NCBI RefSeq assembly: GCF_947581735.1
Contig: NZ_CANPVT010000002.1
Coordinates: 522,144-586,143, forward strand
Length of the DNA stretch: 64,000 bases
Source of the DNA: Candidatus Palauibacter soopunensis
GTDB lineage: Bacteria; Gemmatimonadota; Gemmatimonadetes; Palauibacterales; Palauibacteraceae
Direction of reading: 5' to 3'
Shown in pieces: positions 1-9,666 of the stretch (position 1 is its first letter; each line of letters opens with the position of its first letter). The position numbers were made by a program, and so were the translations under genes. The notes under the pieces are model-generated. The model was given only the letters and a program-made list of their open reading frames with translations, did not search any database and had not been told where the DNA came from.

Positions 1-561
1 CAGCCACATCGCGTCCTCCCGGCCGGCGCGCCCGTTCGCGGCCCGGGCGAGCGTGAACAGCAGGTCGGAGAGACGGTTGATGTAGGGGACGACGACTTCG
101 GCGAGATCGGGCTGGCCATCGAGGAGAGCCGTGACGCCCCGTTCGGCCCGCCGACAGACGGTGCGCGCGACGTGCAACTGCGCGGCGAGGGGCGATCCGC
201 CGGGCAGGACGAAGGCCTCGAGCGCGGGAAGCTCGGCGTCCAGCGCGTCGATCCAGGCCTCGAGCGCGTCGATCCGATCGGCGGAGAGCACGGGAATCGT
301 GCCCTTCCGCAGCAACCGGTCGGGATTGGCGGCGGCGAGGCGGGCCCCGATCGTGAACAGATCCTCCTGGACGGCGCCGAGCGCCGGCCCCGATTCACCG
401 AGCGTCGCGGCGTCCGGATCGAGGGCGAGCGCCACTCCGATCGCGGCGTTGAGTTCGTCGACCGTGCCGTACGCCGCGACCCGCGCATCGTCCTTCGGGA
501 CCCGCGCGCCGCCGAGGAGCGTGGTCTCCCCTCCGTCCCCGCCTTTCGTGTATATCTTCAA
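1..561 (-). CDS. PduO-type ATP:cob(I)alamin adenosyltransferase (C-terminal end runs off window start)
   Basis: Minus-strand translation from TTG (complement of 559-561) reads LKIYTKGGDGGETTLLGGARVPKDD...LPALEAFVLPGGSPLAAQLHVARTVCRRAER...PYINRLSDLLFTLAR, the conserved PduO/MMAB adenosyltransferase blocks. The frame has no stop inside the window, so it is absent from the ORF track. The + ORFs 131..577 and 172..699 are alternate-frame artefacts. Confidence 0.75.
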   Translation of the reverse strand, partial: MKIYTKGGDGGETTLLGGARVPKDDARVAAYGTVDELNAAIGVALALDPDAATLGESGPALGAVQEDLFTIGARLAAANPDRLLRKGTIPVLSADRIDALEAWIDALDAELPALEAFVLPGGSPLAAQLHVARTVCRRAERGVTALLDGQPDLAEVVVPYINRLSDLLFTLARAANGRAGREDAMWL

Positions 562-700
562 TCGGGACCGGCCGTAATCGGGTTTGGCCGCGTGCCGCGC
601 GTGGTGCGCCACGCTGATAAGCGAACCTTAACAGCCCGCGGCGAAACGCCGCCACCTGGACCGCCAGCGCCATCTGGCACCGCCAACAGGGAGTCGTGAC

Positions 701-2482
701 GTGAAGACCGACGGAACCGACCTCGGACCTGTGGACAGGCAGTCACGACGGGCCTTCATCGCGACGGCGGCGGCCGGGGTGGGCGCCGTCGCGGCGGGCT
801 CGCTCGGCGGGTGCGGGCCAGACGGCGAAGAGACCGCGGTGAGCGCATCGGATACCGGCACGCCGGGCGGTGGCGGCGGGATCGTCGTGGCGCGCGGGCC
901 GATCGCCGTCGAGGCCGGAGTCGGCGCCCTCAGGCGCGGCGGCAACGCGATCGACGCGGCCGTCGCGACGGCGTTCGCGCAGTTCATCACGACGCCGTTC
1001 TCGGCCGGCGTGGGCGGCTTCGGTTGCATGGTCGTGTACGACGCGAGCACCCGACGCGCCACGTCCATCGACTTCCACGGGCGTGCGGGGAGCCGGGCCA
1101 CGCCCGACATCTACCGCAGCGCGCTCGAGGGGCGGATCTACGGGCACGCGGACCGCTGGAAGGTGCGCGGCGACATCAACCAGATCGGCTACAAGGCGGT
1201 CGTTACGCCGGGCACGATTGCCGGCCTGTGGGAGGCGTGGACGCGGTTCGGGACCCGGCCGTGGGCCGAACTCGTCGAGCCGGCGATCCGGCTCGCGTAC
1301 GACGGCTTCGAGATCCCCGGCGCCCTGGCGCGCGGCTTCACGACCCGGACGGAGTCGTCCTCGGGCGTCGTACCGTTCTTCACGAAGGTCCGGACGACCG
1401 AGGCCTCCGCGCGCATCTTCCTCAACGACGGCGTGCCGTGGCGGGCGCGGGAACGACTCGTGCAGCGGGACTACGGCCGCACGCTCGAACTCATCGCCGA
1501 GGGTGGCGCCGACGTGGTCTACCGGGGCGAGATCGCCGAGCGCATCGCGGCGGACTTCGAGCGCAACGAGGGCCTCATCACGATGGCCGATCTCGAGGCG
1601 TACACGCCCGACGTCTACGACCCGGTGCACGGCACCTATCGCGGACACGAGGTGTTCTCGAACGCCCTTCCGGGCAGCGGCGCCCAGGTCATCGAGATCC
1701 TGAACCTCCTCGAGGGCTACGACGTGCCGGGCCTCGAACACGGGAAGGCGGACCACGTGGAACTCCTGGGCCGGGCCCAGATCCTCTCCTTCATCGACCG
1801 GCGCCGGTACCACGGCGACCCGAAGTTCATCGACGACCCGACGGACATCCTCGTGTCGAAGGACCGCGCCGCCGAACTGCGGGACTTCATCGACCGGCGC
1901 GAACTCCCGCCCGACGTCGTCGAGGAGCCGCCGGAAGGGCCCGACACGACGCACCTTTCGACCGCCGACCGAGCCGGGAACTGCGTGGCGCTCACGCACA
2001 CGCTCGGCTCCGCCTCGGGGGTCGTCACCGAAGGCCTCGGCTTCACGTGGAACAACTGCATGTTCCAGTTCAACCCGGTCGCCGGCCGTCCGAACAGCAT
2101 CGAACCGGGGAAGGCGCGCATCACGGGAATCTCGCCGGCGATCGTGCTGCGGGACGGGCAGCCGATCCTGGTCACGGGCGCGGCGGGCGGCACCCGGATC
2201 CTGGGCGCCGTCCAGCACACGATCAGCAATACGGTCGACTTCGGCATGTCGGCGCTCGAAGCCGTCTCCGTCCCGCGCTGGCACTGGGAGGATCACCTGC
2301 TCGAACTCGAGCCGCAGCTCTATCATCACCTGAAGGAGGAGCTCGAAGGGCGTGGTCTCGACGTCGCGAACGACGCGTTCGTCGCGCAACTCCATGCGGT
2401 CGGGATCGACCCGGATACCGGGCAACTGACGGGAGGACCGGACCCGCGCGGATGGGGCGGAGGATCGGCCACAACAGGTTGA
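701..2482 (+). CDS. ggt: gamma-glutamyltransferase, Tat/lipoprotein-type signal
   Basis: 593 aa protein with GTG start after RBS cagggag and SRRAFIATAAAG twin-arginine motif. Carries the GGT hallmark TTHLSTADRAGNCVALTHTLGSASG (autocatalytic Thr) and a C-terminal GGxDxRxxG-like region. Confidence 0.9.
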   Translation: MKTDGTDLGPVDRQSRRAFIATAAAGVGAVAAGSLGGCGPDGEETAVSASDTGTPGGGGGIVVARGPIAVEAGVGALRRGGNAIDAAVATAFAQFITTPFSAGVGGFGCMVVYDASTRRATSIDFHGRAGSRATPDIYRSALEGRIYGHADRWKVRGDINQIGYKAVVTPGTIAGLWEAWTRFGTRPWAELVEPAIRLAYDGFEIPGALARGFTTRTESSSGVVPFFTKVRTTEASARIFLNDGVPWRARERLVQRDYGRTLELIAEGGADVVYRGEIAERIAADFERNEGLITMADLEAYTPDVYDPVHGTYRGHEVFSNALPGSGAQVIEILNLLEGYDVPGLEHGKADHVELLGRAQILSFIDRRRYHGDPKFIDDPTDILVSKDRAAELRDFIDRRELPPDVVEEPPEGPDTTHLSTADRAGNCVALTHTLGSASGVVTEGLGFTWNNCMFQFNPVAGRPNSIEPGKARITGISPAIVLRDGQPILVTGAAGGTRILGAVQHTISNTVDFGMSALEAVSVPRWHWEDHLLELEPQLYHHLKEELEGRGLDVANDAFVAQLHAVGIDPDTGQLTGGPDPRGWGGGSATTG

Positions 2483-2518
2483 CACCTCCCTTGTGCATTT
2501 GTATCCTGCGGGTCGCGC

Positions 2519-2592
<74 letters not shown>

Positions 2593-2597
2593 TCTTT

Positions 2598-2634
2598 CGC
2601 CTCGCCTCGCAAAGCTGCGGGGCGAGGCGTTTTG
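2598..2634 (+). terminator. intrinsic terminator-like hairpin (9 bp GC stem cgcctcgcc/ggcgaggcg plus TTTTG) directly after tRNA-Met
   Basis: Perfect 9 bp stem, 14 nt loop and a T-run, located inside the tRNA array between tRNA-Met and tRNA-Asn. Confidence 0.55.
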
Positions 2635-2667
2635 CTCTCCGATCCCTTTTGCGGGACGGGGGTATGA

Positions 2668-2740
2668 TCCGGGGTAGCTCAGTGGCCAGAGCGGGTGGCT
2701 GTTAACCACTAGGTCGTGGGTTCGAATCCCACCCCCGGAG
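2668..2740 (+). tRNA. tRNA-Asn(GTT)
   Basis: Acceptor tccgggg/ccccgga, anticodon loop CTGTTAA, T-loop GGTTCGAATCC. Confidence 0.9.
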
Positions 2741-2776
2741 TAGGGCAGCAGGGCTCTTGCCACGGGCTGCCAAAAG

Positions 2777-2849
2777 GGCTGGGTAGCTCAGGCGGTAGAG
2801 CACGGCGCTGAAAACGCCGGTGTCGGCGGTTCGACTCCGCCCCCAGCCA
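2777..2849 (+). tRNA. tRNA-Phe(GAA)
   Basis: Acceptor ggctggg/cccagcc, anticodon loop CTGAAAA, T-loop GGTTCGACTCC. Confidence 0.9.
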
Positions 2850-2890
2850 TTGCCACGGGCCGCCAACGGCCGGTTCGCGGGAAGCGGCAG

Positions 2891-2963
2891 AGGGGCGTAG
2901 CTCAATTGGTAGAGCACCGGTCTCCAAAACCGGCGGTTGGGGGTTCGAGTCCCTCCGCCCCTG
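2891..2963 (+). tRNA. tRNA-Trp(CCA)
   Basis: Acceptor aggggcg/cgcccct, anticodon loop CTCCAAA, T-loop GGTTCGAGTCC. Confidence 0.9.
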
Positions 2964-2966
2964 TCG

Positions 2967-3038
<72 letters not shown>

Positions 3039-3064
3039 TGGAGCAGCTTGGAACGGGATAGCGG

Positions 3065-3139
3065 GCGCCCGTAGCTCAGTTGGATCAGAGCACCGGCCTT
3101 CTAAGCCGGGGGTCCCAGGTTCGAGTCCTGGCGGGCGCG
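3065..3139 (+). tRNA. tRNA-Arg(TCT)
   Basis: Acceptor gcgcccg/cgggcgc, anticodon loop CTTCTAA, T-loop GGTTCGAGTCC. Confidence 0.9.
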
Positions 3140-3166
3140 TGGCAGAAGGGGACGACAGCGGCACGA

Positions 3167-3238
3167 GCCCCCATCGTCCAACGGCTAGGACACCACTCTT
3201 TCAAGGTGGAGATAGGGGTTCGATTCCCCTTGGGGGTA
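3167..3238 (+). tRNA. tRNA-Glu(TTC)
   Basis: Acceptor gccccca/tgggggt, anticodon loop CTTTCAA, typical Glu D-arm GTCCAACGGCTAGGAC. Confidence 0.85.
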
Positions 3239-3301
3239 CTGGAGCGGACGACCGGGCGGGAGTGCGGACCGCCCGTCCACGGAAGCGGAAGCAGGAAGCG
3301 C

Positions 3302-3374
3302 GGGGCCGTAGCTCAGCTGGGAGAGCGCTGCAATGGCATTGCAGAGGTCAGGGGTTCGAATCCCCTCGGCTCCA
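3302..3374 (+). tRNA. tRNA-Ala(GGC)
   Basis: Acceptor ggggccg/cggctcc with the G3:U70 identity pair, anticodon loop ATGGCAT (GGC). Confidence 0.9.
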
Positions 3375-3411
3375 TTCTCGCCGCCTCGGGATCGAGGTCG
3401 CGAGACCGTAC

Positions 3412-3484
<73 letters not shown>

Positions 3485-3549
3485 TTCCCCCACCGGCATC
3501 CTCGTTTCGCCTGCCGCCTCGCCTCGCTCCTCGGGGGCCGGCTTGCGCC

Positions 3550-4638
3550 TTATCGGTTCTCGCGCTCCTGGGCGCGGGCGCCCCGCAGGACGTTCTCCAG
3601 GGCGTAGTTCGCCTCGTGGCAGGCGTATTCGTAGAGGAGGTCGTCCATTCTCACGAACGGGACCTCGCCGCCCCACGGGGTCTCCCACGTGTCCGGGTCG
3701 TCGATCAGGAACTCATAGTTGATCGTGTTCGCGTCCACGCGCGTGAGCCGTTCCGTGATCTTCATGCTCGGACTCGCGCCGAAGAACTCGCGGTAGCCGG
3801 TGAGTTGCTGCGGATTGAGCTTCGTCGTCTCGATCACGAGGGTGTCGTCCTCCCACCAGCCGCGGGAATCCCCGAACCAGGGCCGGATCGCATCCGGGAA
3901 CGATGACGGGGCGCCGGTCTCGTCGGACTCTCCAGAGTCGGGAGCGACACCGATCGGGATGATGCGGGCGTCGTGCACCATCTCCGTCATGATCATGAGA
4001 TGGTCGGGGGTCTGCACGATGGTGTAGTTGTTGTTGTAGAAGTAGTTGGGAAGCATGGGAGGGCCGGCGTTGGACCCGAAGGAGACGATGCAGCGCTCCG
4101 AGAGGGGCCGGTTCTCGGGGTTGTCGTACTCGCCGTGCCGTCCGCGGACCGCGAGGAGCCCGCCGAGTCGCTGCTGGGCTTCCGCCGTGCGCGCGGGAAT
4201 GCGGCCATCCTTCGGCACCATGAGGAGGGAACTGCGCGGTTCTCCGTTCACGACGGCGACCTGATCTCCCCGGTCCAGATAGAAGAGGTTATAGCCGCCC
4301 GTGCCGCCGGCCGCCGCCTCCAGAACGAAGTCGCACCCGATGGTGGTGCCGCCCTCCGCCGGCGCGTCACGGTCCGGATCGCTGGATCCCGAGTGCGTCT
4401 CGATGCACTCCTGCCGGCCGCCCTCGATCTCGGCGACCTGCTCGGGCGTGAGCACGGCCTCGAAACCCTGGGGCCGTTCGATGGGCGTGATCGTCCCGTT
4501 CGTCCAGTTCCCCTGCAGGTCGGGGCGTCCGTCCGGCGTGCGCGGCAAGGCACCGCCATCCTGCGCCCGTGCGATCGGGATCGACACGGCGGCGAACAGC
4601 GCCACCGCGACCGTTGCGCGAATCATCGTTACCTTCAT
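3550..4638 (-). CDS. secreted hypothetical protein
   Basis: 362 aa with a clean Sec signal MKVTMIRATVAVALFAAVSIPIARAQ. The 3550..4638 track ORF is the only coherent frame here and no family is confidently recognised. Confidence 0.55.
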   Translation of the reverse strand: MKVTMIRATVAVALFAAVSIPIARAQDGGALPRTPDGRPDLQGNWTNGTITPIERPQGFEAVLTPEQVAEIEGGRQECIETHSGSSDPDRDAPAEGGTTIGCDFVLEAAAGGTGGYNLFYLDRGDQVAVVNGEPRSSLLMVPKDGRIPARTAEAQQRLGGLLAVRGRHGEYDNPENRPLSERCIVSFGSNAGPPMLPNYFYNNNYTIVQTPDHLMIMTEMVHDARIIPIGVAPDSGESDETGAPSSFPDAIRPWFGDSRGWWEDDTLVIETTKLNPQQLTGYREFFGASPSMKITERLTRVDANTINYEFLIDDPDTWETPWGGEVPFVRMDDLLYEYACHEANYALENVLRGARAQERENR

Positions 4639-4748
4639 CGGAACTTCCCTCGCGGTTCAGCGTCTCAGCGACACAGAAGGGTCGTCACTTTCTAATCATA
4701 TGGCTCGTTGCGCGATGGTTCACGGGGTGGCCGTCCGCCCGAGCCGGG

Positions 4749-5336
4749 ATGGAGATGCGGATGCCGGAATTCTCGTCCAACCGGGAAAGGCGCCTGTGGC
4801 TGTGGGCGCTGGCCGTGGTCGTGGCGATCTACGCGACGGCCGATCTCGCGCGAACGCTGGCCGACGCGCTGCGCGAGAGCGGGCTGCTCGAACTCACCCC
4901 CACCATGTTCAGCGCCGGCATGCTCCTGATCGGGATCATGATTCTGGTACAGGGGTTGAGGGAACGGTCGCGCGGCGTGGAGGTCGGCTTCGCGCTGGGC
5001 GTCGCCGCGATCGCCGTCCTCGGTTTCGCCCGGGGGATCGCCGCGGCCGAGCGTTCCCATCTCATCGAGTACGCGGTGCTGGCGCTCATCATCCACGAGG
5101 CCCTGGTGGAGCGGACGGCCCACGGGAGGCGCGTCCCGGTACCGGCCGTGCTGGCCATCGCGCTGACGACGGCGGTCGGCGTGGTGGACGAGTGCATCCA
5201 GTTCTTCCTCCCCAGCCGCACGTTCGACCTGTTCGACATCGGGTTCGACCTGCTGGCGAGCGTCCTCGCGGTCGGCTCGAGCGTCTCGATCCGCTGGGTA
5301 CGCCGCCTGATCGGAAGGTGGCGGCACCGGACCTAG
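4749..5336 (+). CDS. VanZ-like family membrane protein
   Basis: Starts at M61 of track ORF 4569..5336 (MEMRMPEF). Four TM helices and the VDECIQFFLPSRTFDLFDIGFDLLA motif typical of the VanZ family. Confidence 0.6.
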   Translation: MEMRMPEFSSNRERRLWLWALAVVVAIYATADLARTLADALRESGLLELTPTMFSAGMLLIGIMILVQGLRERSRGVEVGFALGVAAIAVLGFARGIAAAERSHLIEYAVLALIIHEALVERTAHGRRVPVPAVLAIALTTAVGVVDECIQFFLPSRTFDLFDIGFDLLASVLAVGSSVSIRWVRRLIGRWRHRT

Positions 5337-5439
5337 CTCGAGGAACCGTGTTTGATCGCCTGGCCTCAGATACCCGTGTACCGGCGGGGTGCCAGTCGTT
5401 ACGATGCGTCCCGTACTCGATCCGAATCAGGAGGTTCTC

Positions 5440-6726
5440 ATGCGGGGCATGATTCGCGCGCACCGTGGCGCGCTTTGGGCCGGACTCCTTGCCGTTTCAG
5501 CGACGGTCGCGTTTCCGGGCGTCGGGACCGCGCAGTACCTGCCCGCGCGCGGGGACGCGTGGGAGACGCGCACTCCGGAGCAGGTGGAGATGAACGCGGC
5601 CGGCGTCCAGGCGGCCGTCGAATACGCCCTCGAGCACGAGACGAGCCAGGCGCGAGACCGGGAGTTCCAGCACAGCCGGAGCTTCGGGCGCGAACCGCTC
5701 GGTGAGGGGATCGGCCCCTTCAACGTGCGTGGCGGGCCGGCCGGGATGATCGTGCGGCACGGCTACATCGTCGCGGAGTGGGGGGACACGAAGCGCGTCG
5801 ACATGACGTACAGCGTGACCAAGTCCTTCCTCTCAACGTCGGTGGGCCTCGCGTGGGACGAGGGACTCATCGGCTCGCTCGATGATACGGTGCGCGAGTA
5901 CATGGCCCCGATCGACGTGCCCCCGGGCGACGGGGAACCGGGCGTCGACCGCATCGGCTTCGGGAAGCCCGACCCGACGACGATGTTCGAGTCCGAGCAC
6001 AACCGCACCATCACGTGGGACGACCTCCTGCGGCAGACATCCGACTGGGAGGGCACGCTGTGGGGCAAGCCGGACTGGGCCGACCGTCCGAGCGGCGACC
6101 CCTCCACCTGGCTGACGCGGGAGCGCCATCCCTCGGGGACCGTGTACGAGTACAACGACACGCGGGTGAACCTGCTCGCGCTGGCTGCAATGAGCGTGCT
6201 GCGGCGTCCGCTGCCCGAGGTCCTGCACGAACGCGTGATGGGACCGATCGGCGCCTCGCCCACCTGGCGCTGGAACGGCTACGAGAACTCGTGGGTCACG
6301 ATCGACGGGCGTCGCGTGCAGTCGGTGAGCGGCGGCGGCCACTGGGGCGGCGGCATGTTCATCAGCGCCCGCGACCAGGCGCGCTTCGGCCTCTTCACCC
6401 TGCGGCGCGGGACGTGGGGAGACCGGCAACTCCTCTCCGAGGAATGGTTCGACCTCGCGACCACGCCGGGCCCGGCGAACGGCTCCTACGGGTTCATGAA
6501 TTTCATGCTCAACGTCGCGGACGACGAGGGAAACAAGCGCTATCCGAGCGCGCCCGAGGAGGCGTGGGCCCACCTCGGGAACGGCACGAACATGATTTAC
6601 TGCGACCCGGTGAACGATCTCGTCGTGGTGGCGCGCTGGATCCCGGGAGGGGCGATCGACGGCCTGCTCGACCTCGTCATCGACTCCATCGACAACGCGG
6701 CCGCGACCTCATCCGGGTCGCGCTGA
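5440..6726 (+). CDS. exported serine hydrolase, beta-lactamase (class C/S12) family
   Basis: Starts at M18 of ORF 5389..6726 after RBS caggagg. Signal peptide, SxxK motif YSVTKSF and a beta-lactamase-fold C-terminal region. Confidence 0.8.
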   Translation: MRGMIRAHRGALWAGLLAVSATVAFPGVGTAQYLPARGDAWETRTPEQVEMNAAGVQAAVEYALEHETSQARDREFQHSRSFGREPLGEGIGPFNVRGGPAGMIVRHGYIVAEWGDTKRVDMTYSVTKSFLSTSVGLAWDEGLIGSLDDTVREYMAPIDVPPGDGEPGVDRIGFGKPDPTTMFESEHNRTITWDDLLRQTSDWEGTLWGKPDWADRPSGDPSTWLTRERHPSGTVYEYNDTRVNLLALAAMSVLRRPLPEVLHERVMGPIGASPTWRWNGYENSWVTIDGRRVQSVSGGGHWGGGMFISARDQARFGLFTLRRGTWGDRQLLSEEWFDLATTPGPANGSYGFMNFMLNVADDEGNKRYPSAPEEAWAHLGNGTNMIYCDPVNDLVVVARWIPGGAIDGLLDLVIDSIDNAAATSSGSR

Positions 6727-6792
6727 ACCGAATCGCGGTCGGCCTCTGCGGCAGGTGGACGCTGGCGGCCGGCCCCGTTAGATTGCCCACAC

Positions 6793-6821
6793 GGCGCGTC
6801 GCCTCCTACGGCGGCGCGTTT
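6793..6821 (+). terminator. terminator-like GC hairpin plus TTT downstream of the hydrolase gene, immediately upstream of tRNA-Arg
   Basis: Stem ggcgcgtcgcc/ggcggcgcg with loop tcctac, followed by tttcgtg. Confidence 0.4.
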
Positions 6822-6828
6822 CGTGTCT

Positions 6829-6903
6829 GCGCCCGTAGCTCAGCCTGGATAGAGCGCTTGCCTCCGGAGCAAGAGGTCACAGGTTCGAATCCTGTCGGGC
6901 GCA
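6829..6903 (+). tRNA. tRNA-Arg(CCG)
   Basis: Acceptor gcgcccg/cgggcgc, anticodon loop CTCCGGA, nearly identical in framework to the E. coli Arg-CCG tRNA. Confidence 0.9.
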
Positions 6904-6976
6904 CTCGCCCCGGCTGAGCCAGCAGCACCGGTTCTCGGGGGGGCGACTCCCCGGACTGGAGAGTTCTGGGGCGCAG

Positions 6977-7061
6977 GCTCGGGTGGCGGAAATGGCAGAC
7001 GCGCAGGATTCAGGATCCTGTGGGATTAAACTCCCGTGGGGGTTCGACTCCCCCCCCGAGC
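6977..7061 (+). tRNA. tRNA-Leu(CAG), long variable arm
   Basis: GGTGGCGGAAATGGCAGACGC D-arm, anticodon loop TTCAGGA, variable arm tgggattaaactccc, T-loop GGTTCGACTCC. End points are within 1-2 nt. Confidence 0.85.
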
Positions 7062-7067
7062 ATCACC

Positions 7068-7153
7068 GGCCCAGGTGGCGGAACTGGCAGACGCGCTAGC
7101 TTGAGGGGCTAGTGTCCTTTTACGGACGTGGAGGTTCGAATCCTCTCCTGGGC
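7068..7153 (+). tRNA. tRNA-Leu(GAG), long variable arm
   Basis: Acceptor gcccagg/cctgggc, anticodon loop TTGAGGG, variable arm gtgtccttttacggac. Confidence 0.85.
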
Positions 7154-7193
7154 ATGCAGGACGACATCGCCGGTCGCGGGACGGCCGGCTCCG

Positions 7194-7267
7194 AGCGCCC
7201 GTAGCTCAACTGGATAGAGCACCTGACTACGGATCAGGAGGTTGGGGATTCGAATTCTCCCGGGCGC
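7194..7267 (+). tRNA. tRNA-Arg(ACG)
   Basis: Acceptor gcgcccg/cgggcgc, anticodon loop CTACGGA. Confidence 0.9.
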
Positions 7268-7460
7268 ATGCTTTCCTTCCTTCGGGCGTCGAGACTGCGC
7301 CCGCAAGAATTCGGGCGCTCCTGGAGCTTCGCTCCCCTTCGCTGGCCAAATTCTCCCGGGCACTTCCTTTCCTGCACACGTGCCGGGCGGCGTTGTCCCT
7401 AGGCTCGCGACGGGCTTCGCCCGCTCGCTGACGAATCTCCTCCAGGACGGGGTCCATTAG

Positions 7461-7913
7461 ATGCGCGTCAGGCCGGCTGAACGGGGGGATGTGGATCGGC
7501 TGCTGGAGTTGATGCGGGGGCTCGCGCGGTTTGAGGAGTACATCGACGACTTCGTGGTGACGCGGGAGAGTGTGCTCGAGCATGGGTTCGGGGACGACCG
7601 TCTTTTCACCGCGTTTGTCGCCGAAGAGGACGATGATCTCGTCGGGATGGCCGTGGTTTACACGATTCCGTGGACCTATACGCTGCGGCCCAAGGTCGTG
7701 CTCAAGGAGCTGTTCGTCGAAGAGGGTGCGAGAAACCTGGGGGCGGGAAAGGCCCTGATGGCGGCGGTGATTTCGCACGCCGAGTCCATCGGTGCGGCCG
7801 AGTTGATCTGGACCGTAATGGACGGGAACCGGGCTGCAGAAGGCTTCTACCGATCCCTGGGCGCTTCCCCGGATCTCAAGTGGAACAACTGGTCCCTGAG
7901 CCTCGACGATTGA
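7461..7913 (+). CDS. GNAT family N-acetyltransferase
   Basis: 150 aa. RBS ggacgggg upstream. Acetyl-CoA binding block LGAGKALMAAVISHAESIGAAELIWTV. Confidence 0.8.
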   Translation: MRVRPAERGDVDRLLELMRGLARFEEYIDDFVVTRESVLEHGFGDDRLFTAFVAEEDDDLVGMAVVYTIPWTYTLRPKVVLKELFVEEGARNLGAGKALMAAVISHAESIGAAELIWTVMDGNRAAEGFYRSLGASPDLKWNNWSLSLDD

Positions 7914-7923
7914 ACCGGATCCG

Positions 7924-9540
7924 TCACCGCGTGCTCTGACCGGAAGTCCGCGCCGGGGGGCGGCAGTCGGGCCACTGGGTGCCGGGTGGCATGGTGCGGC
8001 GGTCGCGGGGCATGCGGTCCGGGTCCTCGGAGGCCAGGTAGGCGAACATCGCGGTCATCACGGCGTCGTCGCGCAGGTCCTCAAAGACGATCTTGTCGAA
8101 GCTGTCGCGGTTCGTGTGCCAGGTGTAGGTACTCGTGTCCCAGCGGTTGTCGGCGATGTTCATCTCGCTCCGGCCGGCGCCCACGTGGAAGCTGAAGGCC
8201 GGCACCCCGGCGCACAGGAACGACGCGTGGTCCGTCCCGCCGGATTCAGGCATCCCCGGGACCTCGAGCGTGACGAGGTCGGACAGCTCGCTCGGGATCT
8301 TCGCGAGCCACTCGCCGAAGCGCCCCGCCGCCCCGGCGAAGCCCTGCATGGGAATGAAGGTGACCGGGCCGTTTCCGTGATCGACGTTGAACACGGTGTG
8401 GGTGCGTTCGAGGATCTCGGGATGGTCCTCGACGAAGGCGCGTGATCCGTTCAACCCCTGCTCCTCACCGTTCCAGAGGGCGCCGATGATGGTGCGGCGG
8501 GGGTTCGGGACGGCGTGCTTCAGGATGCGCATCGCCTCCATGATCGCGACGGCGCCGGTGCCGTTGTCGAGCGCGCCGTCGGAGCCGTCCCAGGAATCAT
8601 AGTGGCCTCCGAGGATCACGTACTCCTCGGGTTCCGCGCTGCCGGGGATGACGGCGAAGGCGTTGAAGACCGGCACTTCTCCCAGGAAACGGGCCTGCGC
8701 GTCGACGCGCAGCACCGGCCCCTGATCGTTCTCGGCCAGCCGGTACAGCAGCCCGTACGCCTCGCAGCTCAGGTCCAGGACCGGCGCCCGCTGCGCGCGG
8801 GTGCCGAAGATCTTGGTGACGCCCCAGCCGTCGGACCACTGCGAGCGGATGATCCCGGCGGGTCCGCCTGCGTTCAGCGCTTCCGGCAGCGAGCGCGCAT
8901 CGAACCCCGTGTTCCCCACGCGTTCGCTCCACTCCGCGATGGCGCGCTCCCGCTCCGCCGCCATGCGGGCCGTGGTCTCGGGCCGCGCGAACCACTCCAG
9001 GTTGTCGCGCGGGCGGCAACTCGGCTCCGGGCGCGAGACGAGCACGAACTTGCCGCGCACCTCCGACAGCGCTGCCTCGAAGGCTCCGGGGCTGTCCGCG
9101 TCCGGCAGGATCACCACCTCCGCCTCGACGGGCCCGTCCGTGGCCGGGCTCCACGCGGCCGCCATGCCCTCGAGCGATCGCATGCGCGGCTGGATGAGAT
9201 CGATGTGGCTGATCCCCCGCTCCCATCCCCGCCACGTGCCGTACTGCTCCTTGTACGCCTCGATGCCCCACTCCGCGTACTTCGCGAGCGCCCAGTCGTT
9301 GGCGCCGGCCATTGCGGGCGAGCCGGTCAGCCGCGGCCCGATGGAGTCCATCATCACCTGGCCGAGCTGATAGACCTGTGAGCGCTCGACCCCCTCCTCC
9401 CAGATCGCCCGGATGACGGGATCGTCAGAGGGAAACGACTGCGCCGCCGCGCCCCGGGTTACGCCCGGAATCAGCGAAGCCGTCAGAGTGGAGAGGCATG
9501 CCAGCGAACAGGCGAGTTCGAGACGAGCCGTGCGCTTCAT
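7924..9540 (-). CDS. M28 family zinc peptidase with PA domain, exported
   Basis: Starts at M31 of ORF 7924..9630 (MKRTARLELACSLA signal) with RBS gggag. M28 blocks HYDSWDGSDGALDNGTGAVAIMEAMR and ALWNGEEQGLNGSRAF. Convergent with the GNAT gene. Confidence 0.85.
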   Translation of the reverse strand: MKRTARLELACSLACLSTLTASLIPGVTRGAAAQSFPSDDPVIRAIWEEGVERSQVYQLGQVMMDSIGPRLTGSPAMAGANDWALAKYAEWGIEAYKEQYGTWRGWERGISHIDLIQPRMRSLEGMAAAWSPATDGPVEAEVVILPDADSPGAFEAALSEVRGKFVLVSRPEPSCRPRDNLEWFARPETTARMAAERERAIAEWSERVGNTGFDARSLPEALNAGGPAGIIRSQWSDGWGVTKIFGTRAQRAPVLDLSCEAYGLLYRLAENDQGPVLRVDAQARFLGEVPVFNAFAVIPGSAEPEEYVILGGHYDSWDGSDGALDNGTGAVAIMEAMRILKHAVPNPRRTIIGALWNGEEQGLNGSRAFVEDHPEILERTHTVFNVDHGNGPVTFIPMQGFAGAAGRFGEWLAKIPSELSDLVTLEVPGMPESGGTDHASFLCAGVPAFSFHVGAGRSEMNIADNRWDTSTYTWHTNRDSFDKIVFEDLRDDAVMTAMFAYLASEDPDRMPRDRRTMPPGTQWPDCRPPARTSGQSTR

Positions 9541-9666
9541 GGGTCGCTCCCGCGGGAAGATGGAACCTGTTCGAAGGTAGGGGTGCCCACGCGCGTTGCG
9601 AATCCCTGTCCACGCCCGGACTTTGCCCACTCGGCATCACACGCGAACTCGAATCCCGAATTCCCC

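Noticed and set aside
3973-5463. Several 70-380 aa ORFs (3973..4695 +, 4301..5452 +, 4692..5327 -, 4829..5239 -) overlapping the secreted protein and VanZ-like genes
   Set aside because: Overlapping alternate frames with low-complexity composition. Only the frames with signal peptide and VanZ motifs are supported
6903-6976. Possible additional tRNA or small RNA between tRNA-Arg(CCG) and tRNA-Leu(CAG)
   Set aside because: Sequence does not fold into a cloverleaf and has no T-loop GTTCGA motif. Treated as spacer
7268-7460. Region after the tRNA-Arg(ACG) gene as a possible genomic-island integration site
   Set aside because: No integrase, direct repeat of the tRNA 3' end or compositional shift follows. 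Only a GC hairpin (7296-7317) and an ordinary GNAT gene
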